From positions 15,799 to 79,798 of the forward strand of contig CAZTVZ010000004.1 of the NCBI GenBank assembly GCA_964617045.1: a stretch of DNA of 64,000 nucleotides, written 5' to 3'. Of the stretch, positions 56,950 to 64,000 are shown piece after piece. Both the position numbers and the translations under genes were made by a program. Each line of letters opens with the position of its first letter. Position 1 is the stretch's first letter. This stretch comes from an uncultured Gammaproteobacteria bacterium (GTDB lineage Bacteria; Patescibacteriota; Microgenomatia; UBA8517). The notes beneath the pieces were generated by a model that ran no database searches, had not been told where the DNA came from, and saw only the letters and a list, made by a program, of their open reading frames with translations.

Positions 56950-59592
56950 TTACTTTTTGGGCGGCAGAAGCATTATTCCGGAATCAATCTTCCAGTATTC
57001 CGCTACCCATTTTTGGGCTTCTTCGTATGACATGTATTTGTTTTCAACCAAATACATTACGTAGTCATATCCGTTAGGCCCTTGGAATTGGCGGGTAAAT
57101 TCACCTGCTTTGGTGATGTCCCAGCCACCGACAGTACGAGAGCATGATACATACCAACTTCTCCAGCTGGAACTGTAACCCCATACTTTTTCGTATAACT
57201 CACCGGATGCATCGAATGCTACCCAATTGTCGTGAGTGTATTTTTTCTCAAGGTCGATGATGTAGTAAGTGCCGTCAAATCCTTCGAAAGGTTTGGCGTC
57301 AATATAGACCTGTTTGATTTTGTGTTTACCAACTTCAACCAGTCGATATTCGACACCTGCTTCATCCAAAACCTTGGGGTCAACCGAAACAAGAATATAG
57401 AACGGATGGATAGAGCGCATATAAAGGCTTGTGCCTTCCGTCTTTATTCCCCAGTATCCGTCGAGACATACCATACACTCACCTCTGGCGTATTCAACCG
57501 TGACTAAATCGTCAGGTTCTTTTGCCAGTTCTTCTTGGCGAGGTCCGCATGTCGGACACTGAGGTTTCGGTCGTTTAACGTAGCAGCTTCCGACTTCAAA
57601 GGAAATTTCACCATCACCCAAGAACCCTTCAATGGCTTTATATGTACCGGAGTATTTGCCGGCCTTAAAGTCAACTTCGTATGTTCCAGGACCGTAGGTT
57701 TCACCTTCGAGTTCGAGGATTGCTCCTTTTACTTCGATTGTGACCAACGAATGGGAAATTCTTTCCTTCATGTTGAAAGCACATGCTTGGACCGTAATTT
57801 TTACCAGAGGGTGGTCTTTAAGGCAGACTTCATCTTCTTTTATGTTGAAGGTAAAGTCTTTTTCAAAGCCGTCTGGCCAAATTACATGGAAAGATGCTTC
57901 TGCACCTTCCGTTACAAATGGGTCAATCCAATTTCCGCTTGTGGGTGTAGTTGCCGTAACAATTCCACCTTCTGAAGCTTCAAGTCCGATTGACCATCCA
58001 TTGCAGTCTTTATCGACAAGAGGGTTAATCTGATGCTCGAGAACAACAAGACAAGATTTTTCTTCCTTCACTGTGAAGGCGTCGATTTTTGTCTTATCGT
58101 ATATTTCTCCGGGAACTGTGGGGATTAATACTTCAGCGACACTTGCTTCTTCAAGCTTATAAATGTCACCCCATGTACCCGATGCATACTGTTTAACTTC
58201 TCCATCAACTGCAAACCAAGCGTACCATCCCTTACAATCTTGTTCGACACCCGACGTTACCTTGTGGGCAACTTGGCATTTTTCTGGTTCATTAACACTT
58301 TGAGCGGGTACGATTTTGTTGTCGTAAAGCTCCCCATCATTTAATGGAATGTTGATGCTTGCCGCTGTTGCTTCTTCAAGGACGAATGGTTTTGTCCAAA
58401 TACCTTTATCGTAAGCGGTTTCAACACCGTCGATAGAGTAGTAGGCAACCCATCTTTCACAATCGGATTCAATTCTCCAAGTAACCTTGTGGATTAATTG
58501 GCATTTTTCACTTTCTTTTAATCCCTGTGAAGGAATCTCAGAAAGGTTGTATAGCTCACCCGGATTTTTGGGGAAGCTATATGCAGGAACGGTTACGTCC
58601 TCAAGTTTGAACGGTAAAGTCCAATTGCCCGAGGAATAAACGACCTTGTTACCCTTATCGATGGAATACCATGCTTCCCATTTATCGCAATCACCGCCGA
58701 TACCATATTCAACCGAATGGGTTGCCTGGCATCGACCTGCTTCTGTGATTTCTGGGAAATTAAGGGTTTTTGTTGTTTGGTCCGGAAGTGTAATCGTATA
58801 GCTTTTTGCCGGTGTAGATTCAAGAATCCAAATATTGGACCAAGGACCGCTGTCAACGGTAATCCACATTGTGACGGGACTTCCATTATCGAAAATTCGA
58901 TAATATCTTTCCCATCCGGAACAATTTTCTTTGATGTCCTTGATTTCCACTGTATAGGAATGCGGTGGTGGTGGAATAACACATCCTGCTGCCAATACTT
59001 CCGCACCGGTCGCACCCCAACCATATAACGTGGTCAGGTTTTGTCCGGGGTAGGTATGTTGGCCATTTTTATCCCAATACGTGAAGCTCGGGATAATATC
59101 CCCATTGTTCTGATGCTGATCGTGACCCTGCTTAAAAACAGCGTCGTCATCGACGGTGATTAGGTTGAAGGGGTTGGTCTGGCTTGCGGTTGCATGACAA
59201 AGAGTGACAGGAACATGTTGGGCGCAGAAAAGCGAACCTTTTATGCTATGGGAATCCTTGACAGACCCCATAGTCGATCGCAATTCGACATACGCTTCAA
59301 CATCTCCAACGGTATTCGCCGGTGGGATCCACTCAACAGTAAAGCTACTGTCTTCCCATACTGGCCCTGACGAATTTTTACTGGCAACAACAATTCCGTT
59401 CAACTTGATCCAACCAGAGGCCATTCGTGCGTAGCCGGTCTTATTCACAATGGAAATAATGACCTTGGAGCAATCTATTTGGCCGGTTTTATTAGATGTT
59501 TGAAGGGATTCCGCTGCCGCCGGTTGTGCTGCAACTAAAAGCATTGTAAGCACAATAAAAATTGAGCTCAAAAACAACATTGAACGCTTCAT
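56950..59592 (-). CDS. Large secreted protein with 4-5 tandem two-cysteine repeats of about 85 aa and a conserved C-terminal domain shared with the next gene.
   Basis: Signal peptide MKRSMLFLSSIFIVLTMLLVAAQPAAA. Repeats follow the pattern C-Q-x-x-H-x-V-...-D-C-x-x-W-x-A-(W/Y)-(Y/F)-(S/A)-(I/V)-D-G-...-G-(I/N)-W-...-F-x-LEE. The C-terminal roughly 210 aa, beginning CPTCGPRQEE, are homologous to the C-terminus of the 59884..61119 protein. SD AAAGGAGGTAAT. Confidence 0.7.
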   Translation of the reverse strand: MKRSMLFLSSIFIVLTMLLVAAQPAAAESLQTSNKTGQIDCSKVIISIVNKTGYARMASGWIKLNGIVVASKNSSGPVWEDSSFTVEWIPPANTVGDVEAYVELRSTMGSVKDSHSIKGSLFCAQHVPVTLCHATASQTNPFNLITVDDDAVFKQGHDQHQNNGDIIPSFTYWDKNGQHTYPGQNLTTLYGWGATGAEVLAAGCVIPPPPHSYTVEIKDIKENCSGWERYYRIFDNGSPVTMWITVDSGPWSNIWILESTPAKSYTITLPDQTTKTLNFPEITEAGRCQATHSVEYGIGGDCDKWEAWYSIDKGNKVVYSSGNWTLPFKLEDVTVPAYSFPKNPGELYNLSEIPSQGLKESEKCQLIHKVTWRIESDCERWVAYYSIDGVETAYDKGIWTKPFVLEEATAASINIPLNDGELYDNKIVPAQSVNEPEKCQVAHKVTSGVEQDCKGWYAWFAVDGEVKQYASGTWGDIYKLEEASVAEVLIPTVPGEIYDKTKIDAFTVKEEKSCLVVLEHQINPLVDKDCNGWSIGLEASEGGIVTATTPTSGNWIDPFVTEGAEASFHVIWPDGFEKDFTFNIKEDEVCLKDHPLVKITVQACAFNMKERISHSLVTIEVKGAILELEGETYGPGTYEVDFKAGKYSGTYKAIEGFLGDGEISFEVGSCYVKRPKPQCPTCGPRQEELAKEPDDLVTVEYARGECMVCLDGYWGIKTEGTSLYMRSIHPFYILVSVDPKVLDEAGVEYRLVEVGKHKIKQVYIDAKPFEGFDGTYYIIDLEKKYTHDNWVAFDASGELYEKVWGYSSSWRSWYVSCSRTVGGWDITKAGEFTRQFQGPNGYDYVMYLVENKYMSYEEAQKWVAEYWKIDSGIMLLPPKK

Positions 59593-59883
59593 ATTACCTC
59601 CTTTAGGGTTTTAGATTAGAAGCTTTTTCCAGACTACATACAGCCTTGCGAGAAATGTTATTTATTTCACCTCCTTTTCTTTTCTCTCGTTGTTAAAGGG
59701 CTAATTTATTAATTATCTACAAAGCAAATGTTTTGTAGAAGGGAATTGTCAATTGAAATTAACACAACGGGAGAATATTTAAATCAGGGAACACTGATAA
59801 AGCTGATTCCAAATGGAATCATTCAGTGTTCCCATAATCACTTATAGTGGGTCAGCAGGTTTACCCACTATCGTCCGAGAAAA

Positions 59884-61119
59884 TTACTTGGTTGGCAGGG
59901 GGCCGATCACACCGGTTGATTTTGCATCTTTCCAGAGTGCATCGATCCATTCGTCGGCTTTATCGAAGTCGTCGAAGTATCCATCAGCCATTAACCAGGC
60001 AATTACGTCCGAGGAACTGATATTCATCAGTTGCGGAAGTGTCATTGTTCCGTCTTTTTGAACGAACCACGGACCATATGATGCGGAACAAGCAACAAAA
60101 TCATTGACCTTGTCATTGCCGTATCCATCAAGTCGATTTCCGTCCATATCAAAGACGACCCAATTATCCCGGGTTATCGATTTCGGTTGGATGATCTGGT
60201 AATAGGTCTTGTCGAGTCCCTCAAAAGCTTGAGCAACAATAAAGACCTGTTTGATTTTGGCTTCACCGACTTCTTTTACTTCGTACGGTACGCCGGCATC
60301 GATCATCGTTTGTTCCGGAACGGAGACAAGGATCTTGAACGGACTGTCACCACGGAGGTATAGATATGCACCGGTTGTAATGAAGCCATAGTTGCTTCCA
60401 AAGAAACAATCGACACAATCCATTGCACCTTCGATTTGAACAATATTGCCTTCAGCAGCCGCTACTTCATCCTGATGCGGTCCGCATTCGGGGCATGTTC
60501 GGCGAGTTCCATGAACCCAGCATTTTTCCAGTTGTTCCAAAACACCTTTGTACTTGGTACTGCCGTCGGCGAATTTATATCCGCGGTCTGCATACACCTT
60601 GTATTCAAAGGGGGCTTCCTGGTTATTGAGGGTTAACTTCTCAGATCCTTCAATTACAATATCACCCATAATGAATTTGGCATGATGAGTGGTTATGTAA
60701 ACAACCATCCATGATCCCTTGATTTCTTCACTGCAAAGAACTTCAATGTCGACAGAAGCAAATTCTCTCAAGCATTTGTCCTTCTCGGTTACAGAATAGG
60801 GGATCTTGGTTTCGTGCCAAACTTTTACCCAGTCCCAATACTTTGGCCAACCAACATACTTCCATTCCCAGGTGTACCACTTGAGCAATATTTTGCCGTT
60901 TGCGGTTTCCGTTAAGTATGGATCAGTCCAGTAGCCTTTGGCATTTGACCAGGTTGAGTGTTCCGGGGCGTTCTTGATCGTAACTTCATAACCTTTGCAG
61001 TCGTTTTTGATGACTTCTGCATACGGCTTGGGTGGATTATATGTTGCTCCCACCGGGGTCACCACGGCAAAGAGCATTGCAACAACAATAAGAACTGCGA
61101 AAACCTTAAACTTAGACAT
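59884..61119 (-). CDS. Secreted protein, a paralog of the previous gene through a shared C-terminal domain.
   Basis: Signal peptide MSKFKVFAVLIVVAMLFAVVTPVGA. The C-terminal domain aligns with the previous protein: CPECGPHQDE ~ CPTCGPRQEE, PFKILVSVPEQTMIDAGVPYEVKEVGEAKIKQVFI ~ PFYILVSVDPKVLDEAGVEYRLVEVGKHKIKQVYI, and RDNWVVFD ~ HDNWVAFD. Both proteins end in an LPxK-type tail. Confidence 0.7.
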   Translation of the reverse strand: MSKFKVFAVLIVVAMLFAVVTPVGATYNPPKPYAEVIKNDCKGYEVTIKNAPEHSTWSNAKGYWTDPYLTETANGKILLKWYTWEWKYVGWPKYWDWVKVWHETKIPYSVTEKDKCLREFASVDIEVLCSEEIKGSWMVVYITTHHAKFIMGDIVIEGSEKLTLNNQEAPFEYKVYADRGYKFADGSTKYKGVLEQLEKCWVHGTRRTCPECGPHQDEVAAAEGNIVQIEGAMDCVDCFFGSNYGFITTGAYLYLRGDSPFKILVSVPEQTMIDAGVPYEVKEVGEAKIKQVFIVAQAFEGLDKTYYQIIQPKSITRDNWVVFDMDGNRLDGYGNDKVNDFVACSASYGPWFVQKDGTMTLPQLMNISSSDVIAWLMADGYFDDFDKADEWIDALWKDAKSTGVIGPLPTK

Positions 61120-61418
61120 TACGTCCTCCTTTTAAAATTCCGCCCTCTCTGGCGTTACTGACCAAATGTGCAACAAAGTTTGGATGCACATGTGTAGAGC
61201 CTTACTGTTGAACTTTTTTAAGAACACCTCCTCTCGGATTAGATTTATTATTCTCCCGTTGTTAAAGAGCTTTCATCGGGATTTGGTTGTCGCCCAGAAG
61301 AGCTATACCCACCCCCAAAATGAAGTACTTTGGGTGGGTTCGCTATTAGACTCCGCATAGCCCATAAGCGACCAATTATTAAGGCTATACATCCACGTCT
61401 CTCAGAAGTACGGTGTAG

Positions 61419-61446
61419 ATTATAGCACTAATAAGGGCAAAATCAA
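61419..61446 (-). promoter_or_regulatory. Promoter TTGATT-16-TATAAT (minus strand), about 300 nt upstream of the 411-aa secreted-protein gene.
   Basis: Read on the minus strand: TTGATT at 61446-61441 and TATAAT at 61424-61419. It is followed by a long hairpin-rich leader. Confidence 0.4.
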
Positions 61447-61449
61447 TCC

Positions 61450-63648
61450 CTAGTCTCCGTTGCGGTGGTAATGTGACTGATGGCCCATAGGTTGGGGTTT
61501 GTTGGTGAATTTATTCAGAATGTTTTGATGAAATCTTCTTGCCCACCTTTGTCTGGAAGAGGCAATTACCTTCTCCCTGTGTTGGTTGGAAGATATGGGG
61601 AGGGGAAGAGTATAGGCAAGGAAAGGTCGGGTAGTAAGGCCGTTAATAGTCATCTTGATTGCAACCTGATAATTGGACAAATTGACCATGTCGTTCTGCG
61701 TGAAAACCTCAGCAAACTCCTTGTAGAGGATTTCGGCATCCGATGCTCCTACCGCAAAAGTGATAATAGTTCCGGCATTTCCGAGTATGGCTTTTTGAAC
61801 CTCTTCCGGGATTTGGGCCATATATTGATTGGCGAGTGTGATATTGAGTCTATACTTTCTGGCCTCCGACATTATTTTAATAAACGAGCCTGTAGCGAAA
61901 TTCTGAAATTCGTCGACGTAAAGGTAGAAATCCCTTCTTAATTTTTCATCCATATCCACCCTGTGCATGGCTGAGAGTTGGAGTTTTGTAATAAGCATGG
62001 CTCCCAATAGTGCTGCGTTGTCTTCACCCAATCTTCCCTGAGATAAGTTACAAAGAACAATTTTCCCTTCGTTCATTGCATCGTCTAATTTTACCGATGA
62101 CTTTGGAGAACCAATTACAGATCTGATAAGAGGGGAAGTAACAAATTGTCCAACTTTATTAAGAATTGGTGAAATAGCCTCTTTCTGAAGTTGGGGAGTC
62201 ATCTTCTCGAATTCGTCCATCCAAAATGATTTAAGGGTTGGATCTTTTACGTTTTCAACCACTTTTTTACGATATGCTTGATTGGTAAGAATCATCGGAA
62301 CATCTTTTAGGGTTGCGTTTGGCACTTCCGCCAAAGTCAGAAGAGTAGTTCTAAGAATATATTCGAGTCTTGGACCCCAGGAAAAACCGAATATTTTATT
62401 GAATATAGAAACGATTCCCGAAACCACGAGTTCCGCCTCTTCTTTGTTGGTCACCTCCAAAGGATTAATTGTGATGGGGAAATCCTTGTCGGACGGATTG
62501 AAGTAAATCACATCATTAATTCTGTTTTTAGGCACATAATTTAATAGTATTTCGCAGGCGTCTCCGTGTGGATCGATATAGCAAATACCTCTTCCTTTTT
62601 TCATATCATCAATTGCCATGTTTACCAAGAGCGTGGATTTTCCAGTTCCGGTTTTTCCGATTGTCCAGAGATGTCTCCTGCGATCAATATCTTTTATTCC
62701 GAATATTGTGTCCCTATTTTTGAATTGGGTTTTAGCAAAAAAGTTGATTGTCTTCTTTTCTTCATCGGTTGCATTCAAGGCTGTTGGAAGAGTTTCTGGT
62801 GGTTCGGAAAGGACACTTTGACCCCAGGCAATTGTCGGGGTTTTAATCTTATCGGAAGGAAGATGCCATATAGTAGCCAGCTCCAGGATATTCATTATTT
62901 GATTATCCGACACTTCTCTGGAAAGAAGCTTTTCGAGAGATTTATCTTTCATAAGTATGGATTTTTTCTTGTTGGAAAAACTGTTTCCGTCGGCTCGAGT
63001 GAATACACCGAATGACGAGATTATTTCTTTTCTTGTTTTATCGGAATTTCCGGCCACTCTTAGAGAAACCTTAAAACCCGGATAACTAATTTTCTCTTTT
63101 ATTATTGCCTGATCGTTTCTGGGCGAATATGTGCCGTCTTCTTTCTTTTCTCCTTTTTCGGCATATGCTGCACCGTTTGCCTGCCAAGATGATCCTGCTC
63201 CTTCAAGGGCAATTTGAATAATTGCAAATTCGTCCGGACTTGCCTTGGCGAGTACAGAGAGTATTGAAGACAAAGGGTCAATCTCCGTAAATTTCGAATA
63301 ATCGGCAATTGGATAATACGAACCTTTTTTTAGCACTAACGTATTTACCCCCAGATTTTGGCCGGTTAAAGGATCGTTTATTTTTTCAATTATTGCCAAA
63401 GGATAATTGCTCTGAATCTGAGTCGTAATAAAAGGTATTAAATCCGTATCACAAGTTATTTGAAATTGGATCTGTTGATTTGAAAGACAAATCTCGAGAG
63501 CTAATGGTTGAACTTTTGTTCCTGTAAGTTTTTGGAAAAAACTCACTCCGTTTATTTGGGTCAAAGCAGAAAGGAATGTTTTCGCTGCTTCAGGAGTTAT
63601 CTCCGTATTCCTAGGCAGCTTAATAAGAAGGGTGGTCAGGTCTTGCAT
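61450..63648 (-). CDS. T4SS-type P-loop ATPase (FtsK/HerA superfamily, VirB4/VirD4-TraD-like), a paralog of the 29477..31804 protein; no N-terminal TM helix.
   Basis: Walker A HLWTIGKTGTGKSTLL then DPHGD, Walker B FYLYVDEFQNF, and ARKYRLNITLANQYMAQ. The N-domain aligns with the paralog (ELATIWHLPSDKIKTPTIAW ~ ELATLFHFPNKQITTPHIYW; YPGFKVSLRV ~ KPGFEVSIRI). Confidence 0.7.
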   Translation of the reverse strand: MQDLTTLLIKLPRNTEITPEAAKTFLSALTQINGVSFFQKLTGTKVQPLALEICLSNQQIQFQITCDTDLIPFITTQIQSNYPLAIIEKINDPLTGQNLGVNTLVLKKGSYYPIADYSKFTEIDPLSSILSVLAKASPDEFAIIQIALEGAGSSWQANGAAYAEKGEKKEDGTYSPRNDQAIIKEKISYPGFKVSLRVAGNSDKTRKEIISSFGVFTRADGNSFSNKKKSILMKDKSLEKLLSREVSDNQIMNILELATIWHLPSDKIKTPTIAWGQSVLSEPPETLPTALNATDEEKKTINFFAKTQFKNRDTIFGIKDIDRRRHLWTIGKTGTGKSTLLVNMAIDDMKKGRGICYIDPHGDACEILLNYVPKNRINDVIYFNPSDKDFPITINPLEVTNKEEAELVVSGIVSIFNKIFGFSWGPRLEYILRTTLLTLAEVPNATLKDVPMILTNQAYRKKVVENVKDPTLKSFWMDEFEKMTPQLQKEAISPILNKVGQFVTSPLIRSVIGSPKSSVKLDDAMNEGKIVLCNLSQGRLGEDNAALLGAMLITKLQLSAMHRVDMDEKLRRDFYLYVDEFQNFATGSFIKIMSEARKYRLNITLANQYMAQIPEEVQKAILGNAGTIITFAVGASDAEILYKEFAEVFTQNDMVNLSNYQVAIKMTINGLTTRPFLAYTLPLPISSNQHREKVIASSRQRWARRFHQNILNKFTNKPQPMGHQSHYHRNGD

Positions 63649-63728
63649 ATATTTATTATAGCGTGGCTGCAGTTTTTTAACATAATAAAACCCCCTTCAG
63701 GTAATAAAACCACAAAGGGGGTTAATTC

Positions 63729-63953
63729 TTACTGCGTATATATACGACAGCGTTTAAGCGCAAAGATGATCGTTCTCAGATCTTGGGAGAGAATATCTTT
63801 TCCGGGATCGTCGGGATCAAATGTAATCTTTTCAAGTTCTTCCAGGATTTCTTTAACTCGAAAAAAGGGGGCTTGTCTGAAAGAGATTAATATTTCTCTT
63901 CTGATATCAAGTTTTTCTTTTTTATCGTTAATTACATTGATATATTCCTCCAC
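63729..63953 (-). CDS. Small hypothetical protein upstream of the ATPase.
   Basis: 74 aa. It is followed on the minus strand by a hairpin AACCCCCTT...AAGGGGGTT plus a U-rich run (63680-63715), then a TATAAT box 7 nt before the ATPase ATG. Confidence 0.35.
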   Translation of the reverse strand: MEEYINVINDKKEKLDIRREILISFRQAPFFRVKEILEELEKITFDPDDPGKDILSQDLRTIIFALKRCRIYTQ

Positions 63954-64000
63954 GTATGACTCGGAGAAACAACCGCCGCCATTTTCGATTGAGGCCCATT

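Overview
This window is 64 kb of an AT-rich bacterial chromosome (GC roughly high 30s, estimated by eye). The gene content and style point to a small-genome Candidate Phyla Radiation / Patescibacteria-like organism; that placement is inference, not a measured result. Evidence for it: a divergent 16S rRNA of about 1.46 kb that stands alone with no 23S or 5S nearby, archaeal-type short triosephosphate isomerase and class I (DhnA-type) aldolase, a split transketolase, and a compact phosphoglycerate kinase. There are many small membrane-anchored hypothetical proteins, and the code is standard 11, with TGA used as a stop. Genes are tightly packed and mostly on the + strand. From start to end the window contains: (1) envelope glycosylation genes (YfhO/GT39-like membrane glycosyltransferases, a SAM methyltransferase, a SET-domain protein); (2) a metal/redox block (ZIP transporter, cupredoxin, glutaredoxin); (3) a central-carbon cluster (tpiA, rpiB, pgk, gap, a LOG-family gene, tktN/tktC, class I fba, a PfkB kinase, a 2-hydroxyacid dehydrogenase); (4) a class-A beta-lactamase-like gene converging on two tandem class-A PBP genes; (5) an operon of hypothetical proteins that includes a possible HEPN protein and a CPBP protease; (6) an operon of nrdR, two paralogous class II (B12-dependent) ribonucleotide reductases and a PduO-type cobalamin adenosyltransferase; (7) a T4SS-type P-loop ATPase of the FtsK/HerA/VirB4-VirD4 kind, followed by tRNA-Ile(UAU) and a Xer-like tyrosine recombinase; (8) ftsB, tRNA-Met, trpS, ftsH, a 5'-3' exonuclease, a GT4 glycosyltransferase, fpg, recF, a Fic protein, an ATP-dependent DNA ligase, pth, and a thioredoxin / thioredoxin reductase / DsbA block; (9) a minus-strand tRNA-Gln/Lys/Glu cluster; (10) a DUF2207 protein, a GC-rich ORF-free region of about 370 nt (candidate structured RNA) and a PLDc_N mini-protein; (11) a standalone 16S rRNA with a consensus promoter, a leader hairpin, a flanking processing stem and a terminator; (12) a minus-strand operon of a second, paralogous T4SS-type ATPase plus two paralogous secreted cysteine-repeat proteins. 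I found no CRISPR array and no IS element.
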